Assembly (NCBI RefSeq): GCF_004010195.1 | Contig: NC_057719.1 | Coordinates: 58,606,079-58,670,078 of the forward strand | Direction of reading: 5' to 3' | Length of the DNA: 64,000 nucleotides | Origin: Chiloscyllium plagiosum | Lineage: Eukaryota | Shown: positions 25,884 through 38,039 of the stretch, one piece after another | Position numbering within the stretch: position 1 is the first letter of the stretch | Layout: the number at the start of each line of letters is the position of its first letter | Translations under genes and position numbers: made by a program | The notes under the pieces: model-generated | Told to the model about the DNA's origin: nothing | What the model saw: the letters and a program-made list of their open reading frames with translations, nothing else | The model's database searches: none

Positions 25884-26390
25884 CAATAAAGACTGCAAAT
25901 GCTGGAAGTCAGAGTCAATAGATGTGGAGCTGTAGAAGCACAGCAAGTCAGACAGCATCGAAGGAGCAGGAAAGTCAACGTTCCAAGCTGGAACCCTTCA
26001 TCGGGACTGTGGAGGGGGAAGGGTAGATTGGCTGGTGATAGATGGATGCGGGTAGGGGGTAGTTGTGATTGGTCAGTGGGGAGGAGCAGAGCAGATAGTG
26101 AATAGGACGATGGGCAGGTTAGGTAAGGTCAGGGAGGGGGAGCAGAGAGAGAGGGCTGGACATGTGAATTGGGTTGGGGATGGGGAGATTTTGAAGCTGG
26201 TAAACTCAATATAGAGTTCAACATGCTGCAACCACCTATCACCATCCTACCTACCCTTCCCCCAGCTCCATCCCCTCCCTCTATTTGCTTCTCTGTTCCT
26301 TTCCCCCTCCCCAGTCCTGATGAAGGGTTCTGACCCGGAACGCAGCTTTCCTGCTCTTCTGATGCTATCTGACCTGCTGTGCTTCTCCAG
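25884..26390. mobile_element. Longer inverted PLE 3'-end insertion (family A-like)
   Basis: Inverted termini; minus strand IEFTSFKISP resembles the end of a PLE GIY-YIG ORF; hammerhead-like CTGATGAAGGGTTCTGACCCGGAAC near 26317; flanks ctctttgttgagca (25870-25883) and ctctttattgagca (26391-26404). Confidence 0.75.
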
Positions 26391-27209
26391 CTCTTTATTG
26401 AGCATCTGCAGGAGTACAGTTCAATAGTTCAATAGAATCCAAAGAATAGTTTTGTAGTAGCTTCTTTTATATACAGTTTTTACATACATTAACATTTTAG
26501 CACTATGGTGTCACATAGTTGTATCTATTGTACGCAAGTTTGCTTGACACCTGTCCTGGGGAAGCAGGAGATGGTTTAAGCACTTGCCAAATGCTGGCTA
26601 TTAATCCTAATTGGATTAGAATGTCTGTCCAGTCTGAGCTTGCATAATTAAGAGGTATTAGTCCTTTTGTCTTTAAAGTTAGTAATGTTAGTAAAATTAC
26701 TAGGCCTATAGATCTAAATAACTGAGAAACTATACGTGTACTAAGTTAAAGCACAAAGGCTGTTAACCTGACCTCCCACAGCTGGGTCATTAGATTTCAT
26801 TTACTGTTGCTGGATTTGACAGTTCTTACACATTCATTTATGTAGTTTCACGTAAGTGCTATTTTGATAATAAGTTTCTTAAAGGGGATAGCGGCCCTAT
26901 TTAATGTGTATTTAAAAGGTACGTACTAGTGGAGGAATTATTTAATATTCTGTAACCTATTCAGGTCTTGAGAGACAGTTACTAAGGGCTATTTATGGCA
27001 ATCTTGCCATGGTTTTGAGCGAGTTTTGGAGGCATGATGGTGGAATGGGCATTGTTCCATGAAAGTCACTTATTCAGGGGTGGCCTTTTATATAGAAACA
27101 GCATGGGGCTGATAAGGATTGAAAGGTGTAAAGAAACTGTAATGGGGTTGGAAGGGATCTTTAATTTAGTTTATCATGTAAGCATAAAATATACTACAAA
27201 AACATGGTT

Positions 27210-27347
27210 TTATGAATGAGTGAATGGAAACTTGGTGTACTAAACATAGTGTGCTTGTGAGTGAGTTAGTAAAGAGTTATGAATGAATGAATGACTAGAA
27301 ATGCAGTATAGTAAACATAGAGCACTTGTGAGTGAATTGGTTAAGAG
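27210..27347. repeat. Two-copy degenerate tandem repeat (about 68 bp unit)
   Basis: ttatgaatga.tgaatg...taaacatag...cttgtgagtga.tt.gt.aagag occurs twice in tandem. Confidence 0.6.
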
Positions 27348-27369
27348 AACCACAACACAATATCTCACA

Positions 27370-29200
27370 ACAGCATTCTGTGGATAATTTCACAAGTTCA
27401 CGACCCTCTGGGTGAAGAGGTTTCCTATCTCGGTCCAAATTGGGCTACCTGATATCTTGGCACCCCAGCCTGGGGGAATATCATCTTTGCATCCACTCCA
27501 TCAGAATTTTATGTATTTAGATGAGAGTATGTCTCATTCTTATAAATTTCAGTGAGTACAGACCAAGTTGACCCAATCTCTCCTCATACAATAAAAATAT
27601 CCCAGGATTATAGTCCAATGAAACTTCACACTTCTACCTCAATGGCAAGTATGCCTTTCCTTAGATAAGGAGACCAAAACTGCACATTTTGGTCCAGATT
27701 TGAGCACAAAAAGGTCCTGTATAGTTGCAGTACACTTGCTCCCGTACTCAAACTCTTTTCAGTGAAGGTCAACATACCATTTGCATTCCTAATTGCTTGC
27801 TGCACTTGCATGCTTGTTTTCAGTAACCAGTGTACAAGAACACTCAGATCCTTTGGTGAAGCAACATTTTCTAATCTATCATTATCTAATGTAATCTAAT
27901 CTGTTTCAGATTGAATGGCTTCAGTTTGTATACCAGTGCAGAATTCTATTATATTATGGTCACTTTTTTTCCTAAAGGACATTACACAACACGATTACTA
28001 ATTAACTACTTCTCATTGCAGAAAACCAAGTCTAAGATAACCTGTTCCTGAGTTGATTCCTCAACATTCTGACATAAGAAAACACATTCTAGAAATTAAT
28101 CTGCCATAGTAATATTACTAATGTGGTTTTTCTAGCCAATATGTAGATTAAAATCATTCATGGTTACTCGAGCATCCTTGCTATCCAATTTCTTGTTTAA
28201 TGCAATTCCCTACCTTGCTACCATTGTTTGGAAGCCTATTAAAAAAGACTCCCAGTAAACATTTTCCACTCCTTGTTGCTTCTTAACTCCATCCAGACTG
28301 ATTCTAATCTAGATTTCCTATACCAATATCATTTCTCACTTATTGTACTGACTCTATGTTTCAATAATAAGACCACCCACCTTTTATAATCTATCCTTGC
28401 TAAATATTGCAGACTCTTAGATGTTGAGAATTTGGTCTTGGTCATCCTGCAGTCATGTCTTCCTAATTGCTATCTTTTGTACAAATTTACAATTATTTGT
28501 GGTGTTAATTTGTCTACCTTATAGTGAATACTCTGTGCATTTAAATTATCGTTCTTTGACTCTTCGCTTTTGACATTTTTACACTTTTTCATTCAGTGGT
28601 TTTATTTACATTATCCTTGTTTCCTCTGCCTTCCACTTTTTGCTTTCTACTTTGCTAACTTTTGTTTCCATCCTTGTTTTCTTCACTTTTGTCTCCTCAC
28701 TCCTGTCCCACTGCCACTTTAATTTAAATCCTCCCTCGCAGTACTGGCTAATACCCTTCCGAGGGTCCTCCTATTGTACAACCTGCCCAGCTTGTACAGA
28801 TCCTATTTTCTGAAGGATCAGTCTTGATACCCTTCACATCCCTCCAGCCATGCACTAATTCAATTAATTCTCCTATTCCTGCTCTTGCAAGCACATGGCA
28901 TTGTGAATAATCTCTCAGATTACTACCTTTGATGTCCTCGTTTATAATTTACTTGCTCGTTCCCTATATTCTGCTTCAAGTACTTTATCTCCATTTTTAT
29001 CTCTTTCATTAATATTGACATGGACCGCAGCCTTCGGCTGCTCTCTTTCCCCCTTCAGAATGCTGTTGAAATATTAAGTGATATCCTTGATCCTGAAAGC
29101 AAAGAGGCATTGTACCATCCTGGTGACACATATGCAGCCACAGAAACATCTATCTGATCTATCTGTTCCCCTTAGGATAGAATCCCCTTGCCATGAATTA
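27370..29200 (-). mobile_element. CR1 LINE relic (RT C-terminus, endonuclease and esterase-type ORF1 pieces)
   Basis: MQVQQAIRNANGML..VQFWSPYLRK; ITEDMTAG near 28450 (decayed endonuclease ITETW); DLYKLGRLYN near 28790 (decayed DGLHLN of CR1 ORF1). Confidence 0.65.
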
Positions 29201-30239
29201 CCTTTACATTTCTCTCTGTTTACTCCCTCTACTTTCAAGAATATTAAATATATACTAGGGATATTATCTTATCCCTTTTACAGCAAAGTTTGTTTTAACC
29301 AGCATCTTAGTTCAACCAGCACCGTTGATAAACTGGCAAAACGTATACTTAAACTACTGCATATTCCGAATATTTATGCTGCAAGTAAAATAAAGAAATG
29401 ATGTGTATACCTCTTGCATTACGTTTCTATTATAGTATGTATTTTTACATTGATTTTAGGAGGGGTGTTGATATTTTTACATAGACCTTTTGAGGCAGGT
29501 TGATGTCTTGAAGCTTTGCTTAGTCAGGGTTTACTGCGGTTATGTGTACCTCTTGATTATCCAGAATATTAGATCAACTGGCACACTCCTTGTCCCATTA
29601 GTGCCAGTTAATAAAAAGTTTGCTGTACTTCAAACTTTCTTAATATAAACTAAAGATCAATTTTTACTGAACCTGATCTTATTTGCCAAAGCCATCACGC
29701 ATCTCGTGCTGGCTCCCACACTGTCTAAACGAACTTATGTTTTCCTGATGATTGTTTTCAAAACACACCCCTCTTATGTAGCTTTTCAACTTCATGGCTC
29801 ACTTGTTACCAATTCACAGCCTTTCCACTCTGTTTCAGAGCACCAAGTTGATTATCTTGGCTCTGAGTCATCACTTAAAACATTCCTCAGAGAGTAGTCT
29901 AAGGCCCAATCTTTTTCACACTCTTTTCTCCTGTTGTGGAGAATAGAGTAGACCCATGGGGGACATGTGTTCACCTCATTTATGATGTGCATTTGTGGAT
30001 TGGAGGGAGATGCATGTTAGTGCATAGAAAGTAAAGGATGGATGTACACTATTTAAATTTGAGAAATAGCGTGGTGGTGGAATTGGCTTGACAGGGCAGA
30101 GCAATTTGATGGTAATGAATGCCCACAGCAGAATGGTGAGTATGCAACTCTTTATTTTAACAAGTTTCTTTTATTTTAGGTTGATTATTCATTAAACTTA
30201 TGTTTGTTATTTTCTGGTTAGTTTATTTTAACATTGTGG

Positions 30240-31539
30240 TCAGCAAAGTTTTGGAAAGAATTCTGAGGGATAGGATCTATTTGTGAGGGGCAGTTCATGC
30301 CTCACAAATCTTATTGAGTTCTTCGAGGAGGTTACAAGACAGGTTGACGAAGGTTGAGCAGTGGATATGGTATATATGGACTTGAGCAAGGCATTTGATA
30401 AGGTTCCCCATGATAGGCTCATTCATAAAGTCAGGAAGTATGGGATACAGGGAGATTTGGCTATCTGGATTCAGAATTGGTTGGCTGACAGAAGGCAGAG
30501 AGTGGTTATAGATGGAAAGTATTTTGCGTGGAGGTCAGTGTTGAGTGGGGTCCAGCAGGGCTCTGTTCTTGGGCCTCTGCTCTTTGTAGTTTTTATAAAT
30601 GACTTGGACGAGGAGGTTGAGGGGTGGGTTAGTAAGTTTGCAGATGATACAAAGGTTGGAGGTGTAGTCGATAGTATCGAGGGCTATTGCAGGCTGCAGC
30701 GCAACATAGACAGGATGCAGAACAGGGCTGAGAAATGGCAGATGGAGTTCAACCTGGGTAAATGCGAAGTGATGCAGTTTGGAAGGTCGAACTCAAATGC
30801 TGAATATAGGATTAAAGGCAGGATTCTTGGTAGTGTGAAGGAACAGAGGGATCTGGGTGTGCAAGTACATAGATCCCTCAAAGTTGCCACCCAAGTGGAT
30901 AAGGTTGTGAAGAAAGCATATAGTGGTTTGGCTTTCATTAACAGGGGGATCGAGTTTAAGAGCGGTGAGGTTTTGCTACAGCTCTACAAGTCCCTGGTGA
31001 GACTACACTTGGAATATTGTGTCCAGTTCTGGTTGCCCTACTATAGGAAAGATACAGAGGCTTTGGAGAGGTTTACCAGGATGCTGCCTGGACGGGAGGG
31101 CTTACCTTATGAAGAAAGGTTGAAAAAGCTCAGACTTTTCTCTCTGGAGAGAAGAAGGAAGAGAGGAGATCTGATTGAGGTATATAAAATAATGAGAAGA
31201 ATAGATAGAGTCAATAGTCAGAGACTATTCCCCAGGGCAGGATTGATGAGTATGAGGGGTCATAGTTTTAAGATATTAGGGGAAAGGTATAGACGAGACA
31301 TCAGACGTAGGTTCTTTTCGCAGAGAGTTGAGAATGCATGGAATGCATTGCCAGTGGTGCTGGTGGAAGCAGAATCATTCGGGACATTTAAGCAACTGCT
31401 GGACAGACACATAGAGAGCAGTGAGTTGAGGGGTACATAGGTTAAGTTATTATATTTTACATTAGGATTAAACCTCGGCACAACATTGTGGGCCAGAGGA
31501 CCTGTTCTGTGCTGTACTTTTCTATGTTCTATGTTCTAT
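30240..31539 (+). mobile_element. Relatively young 5'-truncated CR1 LINE
   Basis: Contains the 359-aa ORF; ends in a (ttctatg)n microsatellite tail at 31519-31539. Confidence 0.92.
30361..31440 (+). CDS. CR1 ORF2 partial: reverse transcriptase plus C-terminal domain (TE-derived, 5'-truncated)
   Basis: YMDLSKAFDKVPH, SGVQQGSVLGPLLF, SKFADDTK, WQMEFN, LEYCVQFW and FSLERRRKRGDLIEVYKI. Confidence 0.85.
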   Translation: MDMVYMDLSKAFDKVPHDRLIHKVRKYGIQGDLAIWIQNWLADRRQRVVIDGKYFAWRSVLSGVQQGSVLGPLLFVVFINDLDEEVEGWVSKFADDTKVGGVVDSIEGYCRLQRNIDRMQNRAEKWQMEFNLGKCEVMQFGRSNSNAEYRIKGRILGSVKEQRDLGVQVHRSLKVATQVDKVVKKAYSGLAFINRGIEFKSGEVLLQLYKSLVRLHLEYCVQFWLPYYRKDTEALERFTRMLPGREGLPYEERLKKLRLFSLERRRKRGDLIEVYKIMRRIDRVNSQRLFPRAGLMSMRGHSFKILGERYRRDIRRRFFSQRVENAWNALPVVLVEAESFGTFKQLLDRHIESSELRGT

Positions 31540-31799
31540 TGTAACCATAATACAGCGGGATATGTTGTGGTGCAGCAGTAGCATCACCACCTCTGGAATG
31601 TGGACAGCAAATTCATGATGGGGCCAACTGACTTAATTGTCAGACTGTAAATACTTCCAGTTTGTCTGATGGTAGACAGCAAGTGCTGAAGAATTTCCTG
31701 GTCAACCATATTGAAGAAAGTAATAGTAAACCAATGCAGTACATAGATGTCCATGGTCACTAATGCCCTCATAGGGCATGGGACCCAATGAAAGAGAGA

Positions 31800-31956
31800 A
31801 TCACAAACTTCTGACACTCCTGTTTATTTTTTTTTTGCAGTCACTCCTGTTTATATCGGTCAGCCAGAGCTCCATGATTGGAACAGATTAACAGCCCCAA
31901 TCAGAGAACTCGTATTCTATGAGGTCCACCTGGCTGACCTCATTACAATAACTGCA
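31800..31956 (-). repeat. Partial solo copy of the Gypsy LTR
   Basis: cagattaacagcccc...gaggtccacctggctgacctcattacaataact matches 15828-15898. Confidence 0.75.
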
Positions 31957-32604
31957 GTTATAAAATAAATTATCTGTTTTTCAATTATTTTTCTTAAGCT
32001 ATATCATGGATATTTTTGACATGCTTTTAATATGAAAATTCAAATGGATTTTGTGATAAATGCATGTCAGAAAATCCATGAGATATTAGTTGGATTAAAC
32101 AAGATAGCTGAGAAGTCAAGATGTAATAAATATTGAAGAATCTAATGCTGATCTAGCTGTACAATAATTTGGTTATAAATAAAACAGTAAATTGGTTAGC
32201 TTGCACTTATGAACCAATAGATTTAAATAAATATTATGATAATTGCTAATCACACATTTTCACGTATGGTGTTTGCAATCTTTTCTGTACAAGTATAGTT
32301 TAATACTTACAAAACCATTTTTACACTTTAATTAGTGTAGCTTCATAACTTTTCAGGATGTAGTTGTTAGATCATACTAACGGTATGGATACACCAGTCC
32401 AGAACAGAAAACATTGCTTCATTGTTTAACCTTTGCAGATGTTTTTAAAAGTCAAATCAATTGCTCTGATGAAGTACCAGTGTAAGTGGGATTGATGGGG
32501 CTCCAGTTAAATGGAAAAGTTTGCAACTGTGCTGAATTGGACTATGCAATAGTTTTAATGATACTTATAAACCTGATTGTAGTACAGTTACACAGCTCTC
32601 TGAG

Positions 32605-32715
32605 CTGGAAGATTGGTTTTCAGATGTTTTGTCACCATACTAGGTAACATCATCAGTGAGTCACTGGTGAAGCGCTGGTGTTATGTCCTGCATTCTATTT
32701 ATGTGTTTAGGTTTC
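32605..32715 (-). mobile_element. PLE family D fragment, hammerhead-like
   Basis: Minus strand 32659-32620 reads TCA-CTGATGA-T-GTTACC-TAGTAT-GGTGAC-AAAAC-ATC-TGA; stems I and II pair, and the core shows CpG-type decay. Confidence 0.65.
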
Positions 32716-33370
32716 TCAAACCTTGCTAACAGCTCTCTGTGGCAAGGTGTTCCAAAAACTCTCAACACACTAATGGAAGAAATTCCTCCACATTTCACTC
32801 TTAAATTGTTACCCTATTATTCTCATTCTGTGCCCTCTGGCCTGTCAAGCCCATTAAGAATCTTATATATTTCAATTAGATCACCTCTCATTCTTCAAAA
32901 TTCCAATGAGTAGAATCTCAACCTGTTTAACTTTTGCTCACAAGAAAATTTCTCCACACTGGGGATCTTCCTAGTGAACCTTTGAACTAAAGACTGATGA
33001 AATAGAACCCAAAAGAACTGTGGATACTATAAATCAGAAGCAAAAGCAGAAACTGATTGAAAAACTGAGCTCTGAGGAAGGGACACTCCAGCTGAGGAAG
33101 GGACACTCCAGACCTGGTGAGCTTTTCCAACATTTCCATTCTTCTGATGAAATAATGTCTTCCTTTAAATAATCAAAACTCCTCACACTCCCCCAAATGT
33201 GGTCTCATGAATACCTTATACAGTTGCAGTAAGATTTCTGGATTCTTATAATCCAACCCTCTCAAGAGAACGGCCAACATTAAATTAGCTTTGCTATTTA
33301 TTTGCTGTTTCTGTGTGCTAGTTTTCTGTTTTTCTTGTACAAATACCTCCGAGTCTCTCTGTATTGCATT
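32716..33370 (-). mobile_element. CR1 LINE fragment
   Basis: KANLMLAVLLRGLDYKNPEILLQLYKVFMRPHLGECEEF. Confidence 0.75.
33005..33143. mobile_element. PLE family C fold-back remnant inserted in CR1
   Basis: 11-bp direct repeat ctgatgaaata at 32994-33004 and 33144-33154; internal 20-bp tandem ctgaggaagggacactccag x2. Confidence 0.6.
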
Positions 33371-33559
33371 GGAATTCATTGGGGGATAGCTTGCCCAGTT
33401 ACATGGAAAATATGGAAAAATTTAAAAAGAGGGGAGGAGCTCAGCAGAGATTAAAGTTTCCAGAATAACTAATAAGACACAGAGTATGGAAAGAGTCATG
33501 AATCCAACTTCAGGCACAGTGGATCAGAGGACAAGTATAGAAAGGGGGCCAGTGAACAG

Positions 33560-34790
33560 AGGACTAAGGGTGTTGTACTTAAAAGCACACAGTATACAAA
33601 ACAAAGTCAATGAGCTTGTTGCATAGATTGAAATTGATGAGTAAGATGTTGTAGGTTATATAGAGATGGGGCTATTAAGGGGATCAAGGCTGGGAACAAA
33701 ATATTCAGGGATACATGGTCTACTGAAAAGACAGGAAGGTGGGCAGAGAAGTGAGGTTGCCTTGTTAGTAAGGAATGAAATTAAATTAGTGGCATAAAGT
33801 GATATAAATTCAGATGTTGTACAATCTGTGTGGGTAGCATTGAGGAACTGCAAAGAAAAAAAGCCCTAACAGGATTTGTGTACAGGCCACATAGTAGTAG
33901 CTAGGATATGGAGAATAATATAATTCAGGAGTCAGAAAATGCATGTAAGAAAGGTCCTTTTACAGCAATTATGGGGGATTTCAATATTCAGGTGGACTAG
34001 GAAAATTAGCTTGGTAGTGGATCTCAAGAAAAGTAATTGTAGAATATCTACAAGATGTTTTTTTGGTGCAGCTTGTGGTAGAGCCCACTGGGAAACAGCA
34101 ACTCTGGATTAATGTGTGCATAATCAGGCAGATTTGATTAGGGAGCTTAAGATGAAAGAACTCTTCACTTGCCATTACACTTGCCTCTATTGGTCAGTGC
34201 ATTGAGTATAGGATTTAGCATGTCAAGTTGCTGCTATACAGGACATTGGTTAGGCCATTTTGGAATACTGCATTCAATTCTGGTCTCCCTGCAGTAGGAA
34301 AAATGTTGTTAAACTTGAAAGGGTTCAAAAAAGATTTACAAGGATGTTGCCAGGGTGAAGGGTTTGAATAATAGGGAAAGACTGATTAGGCTGGGGCAAT
34401 TTTCCCTGGAGTGTCAGAGGCTGAGGTTTATAAAATCATGAGGTGCATGGAAAGAGTAAATAGCCAAGTCTTTTTTCCAGGGAGGGGAGTCCAAAAGTAG
34501 AGGCCATAGGTTTAAGATGAGAGGGGAAAGATTTAAAAGGGATCTAAGGGGCAACGTTTTCACTGAGAGGATATCGTGTGTATGGATTGAGCTGCCAGTG
34601 GTGGTGGTTGAGGCTGATACAATTTCAACTTTTGAAAGGTATCTAGATGGGGATATGAATAAGAAGAGTTTGGAAAGATATGGGCTGGGTGCTGGCAGGT
34701 GGGACTAGATTGGGTTGGAATATCTGGTTGGCATGGATGAGTTGGACCAAAGAGTCTGTTTCCATGCTGTACAATTCTATGACTCTATAA
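33560..34790 (+). mobile_element. CR1 endonuclease fragment followed by a CR1 3' end
   Basis: IMGDFNIQVD motif near 33970; RGERFKRDLRGNVFTER; tail ctatgactcta. Confidence 0.8.
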
Positions 34791-34834
34791 CACCTAGGGA
34801 CCAGAGATCATAATGTGATAAAATTCACCATGCA

Positions 34835-35061
34835 GTGTACAAAGTTAAAAATCACACAACACCAGGTTATAGTTCAACAGGTTTAATTGGAAACACTAGT
34901 TTTTGGAGCGCTGCTCCTTCATCAGTTGGTTGTCTACCTGATGAAGGAGTAGTGCTCCGAAAGCTAGTGTGCTTCCAATCAAACCTGTTGGACTATAACC
35001 TGGTGTTGTGTGATTTTTAACTTTGTACACCCCAGTCCAACACCGGCATCTCTAAATCATG
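34835..35061. mobile_element. PLE-derived fold-back mini-element, family B, two divergent hammerhead-like motifs
   Basis: About 90-bp inverted arms; TAC-CTGATGA-A-GGAGT-AGT-GCTCC-GAAAG-CTA-GTG at 34935-34969; imperfect flanks accatgcagtgt / accctgcaatgt. Confidence 0.85.
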
Positions 35062-35074
35062 ACCCTGCAATGTG

Positions 35075-35710
35075 TGTGTGACTAGAGGAATTCTGCAGGG
35101 GTCAGCATTCGGACCATAACAATTCATGTTATACATTAATGAATTGGACGAAGGAAATGAGGACATTGTTGCTAAGTTTGCAGATGATAAAGGAGGTGGA
35201 GGGGTGGGTAGTTATGAAAAAGCAAGGTGGCTGCAGAAGAGTTTTGGACATGCTACCCAAGTGTGTAAAGAAGTGGCAAATGGAATAAAGTGTGGGAAAG
35301 TGTGAGACTATGTATTTTGGTAGGAAGAATAGAAGTTTGGACTATTTTCTAAATGGAAAGACTTCAGAAATCTGAAGCAAAAAAGGACTTGTGACTCCTA
35401 GTTCAAGATTTTCTTAAAGTTAACATGCAGGTTCATTTAGCAATCAGGAGGACAAATGCAATGTTTGCATTCATTTCAAGATGGTGAGAATGCAAGAACA
35501 GAGATGAACTGCTGAGGCTTAATAAGGCTCCCATCAGGCTGTATTTGGAATATTTTGAGTAGTTTTGGGCCCCCTATTTAGGAAAGGAAATGCTGTCATT
35601 GGACGCCATCCGGGGCGTTTTAGGAGGATGAGAAACATTAAATACGATCAAATGACAGACCAGACTTGAAGGGCCAAATGGCCTAATTCTACTTCTGTAT
35701 CTGATGATGT
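35075..35710 (+). mobile_element. CR1 RT fragment
   Basis: ILQGSAFGP, YINELDE and AKFADD motifs. Confidence 0.8.
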
Positions 35711-36878
35711 TATGCCCATCAATAGTCCTAATTGTTTGTATTGTCATTTCTGCTTAAATCTGAGTAACTGGACAACTCAATTTGTTTTCTGTTTATTTTA
35801 TACATTTTCGAGAATAGACAAATGTACATGTAAATGCATTTGGCACTTAAACTAGTTTAAATGGGTGTAACTAGGTATAACCAGGAACCATTTCCTATTT
35901 TGAACTTGTGCAAAAAATGCAAGAGGTATTACAATTTACATTGAGCAAACCTGACATAAGAAAATAAAAATAAGCATATTAACCACATTGTTATTTTAAC
36001 AAAAGTATTTACATTGATTCTGTGCAATTTTTGTGAACAAATTCATGTTGGTTAGAATAACTCAAATTTTGGTCACAAAATAACAAGTTGAATGGTGTTC
36101 CACATTATTAGTGTACAAACCATTGATAAACTTATGCAAAGGACTACTTTGGAGATTCCAGATCAACACAAGTTGCCAGTTTGTGCCACTCCATTTTAGT
36201 CTTCGGAAGAAAGCAGCCCATTGTCAATCTCTCATGACAGTTGTGAATTTGTTGCAAATGCACACTGATAGCCAGTGAAGCTCCTTATAGAAAATGTGTG
36301 TTGTGTAATAACACATATCCCTATTTACTACGATGATTTATTTCCCATATGTTGTCAGGCCTAGAATCAGAGCACTTCAAACTGAAATCTTACTTCAGTT
36401 CTAAGTTTTTATTAGAAATTTTCAATATTTGGATTTCATTTTTTTTCTCTTTTTCTCCTTCATTCCTGCACCTAATCTGACTCTAATTCACAGTACTTTT
36501 TTCTCAATCATTTCTCTGTTTCTTTCTTAATATTTCAAACATATGGTTGAAGAGATGGTGTATTGATCTTGACATTCAACAAGTCCCAACTGTCCTGTTG
36601 CTTTCACCATACTGTTCCCAACTCTCAAGTCTTCCAATAATTTAAATAGTCAAACATTTTCCAGTTAAAAAGTGAGGGGCAAAGATCTAAATATGGAGTT
36701 TCTTCTGAATAAAATCTGTGCCTTTTTAAAGTCTTTGTTAAGCTGCATTTTTGTTATGATTTCGTGCAATAACACAATTCAAATTGGCTTCCATAGATTA
36801 CACTTCCCAAGTAGAGTTGTTGTGAACACACTGATAACAGCCAGTGATTGGTTGTGAAGTTGAACCACTGAACCAATA

Positions 36879-36985
36879 TCTGAAACAAAATTAGAAATTG
36901 CTGGAAAAGCTCAGCAGGTCTGACAGCGTCTCCAAAGAGAAATCAGAGTTAACATTTCAGGTCCAGTGACCGTTCCTCAGGACTG
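36879..36985 (-). mobile_element. PLE family C fragment, hammerhead-like
   Basis: Minus strand AGTC-CTGAGGA-A-CGGTC-ACTG-GACCT-GAAAT-GTT-AACTC. Confidence 0.72.
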
Positions 36986-38039
36986 TTGAGCAATGTAGCA
37001 AAATGTATCAGGTTTATACATTATAACTGCATCATAAAGCTAGGACAATTCAAACAGCAGTTATTGCTGGGACCTTCTCACAATTATTTCATGCAAATTA
37101 TCCATGCAGGTTCACTCAATAGTACATATTTAATTTTAATATTCGTGAATGATTTTTGAAAACTCCTCGAAACATATTTAAGCACTGATATGATTTCTAT
37201 TACTACAGAAAATTACTACATTAGAAACATTGCCTATCACTACTGTTATAATCTTTCGAACACTGCAATCTTGACCCTGTTACCTAGCTTCTGAAATAAA
37301 AAATCCTTAAACATTAGTATTCAAAGATCTTGCATTTTCCAATGCTTTGAAGTATTAAGTGAGGTGTAGAAAGAATAAAATTATGAAAAGACTTTGAAAG
37401 ATGTAGCAAATTTAAAGAACTCTGCGTCCATTAGCATATATTGTGTGAATTTAAAGGCACTGTGTGACTAGGTGAAATATTTAAAATTCTAAAGTTTAAA
37501 GACACCACACCCTCAAAAAAAACTAAGTTCCACAGATGCACAGTCATTTTGTGAAAATAATCTTTACCTTTTGGGAGTGGTGAAAGACTGTATCAGGCGT
37601 GTGAGATCTTAATGTATAAAGTGGTAGATTAGAGTAGGAAGTTTGTGGCATTGGCCTTACATCACAGGGTTCGCTGAGGTAGGCATAAAGTTTTCTGTTG
37701 GCAAAAGATCCCCAGCTTATAATAAGCTAATGTAAGTAGATGCAGTTTTCAGTTTTCAGACAAAGGGGAATCAATTTCTGTACTCTTCCATAGAAAATCC
37801 AATATGTTAGTTATCAAAAATGTTTTAATTTCAAAAATATACTTTATTCATAAAAAATCTTTGAATACATATATAGTTACTGCAACATTTTTGTTCGATC
37901 TTTGCACATGTAACAAACAACAAATATTGGAAAATTGGCATTTCCTGCAATTGTGAAACAAAACCCAAGCATTTCTTAATTATGCAGGGCTATATTTACA
38001 TACCTTTGAGGCATCAAAAAAACCTGGTATAACTGAATG

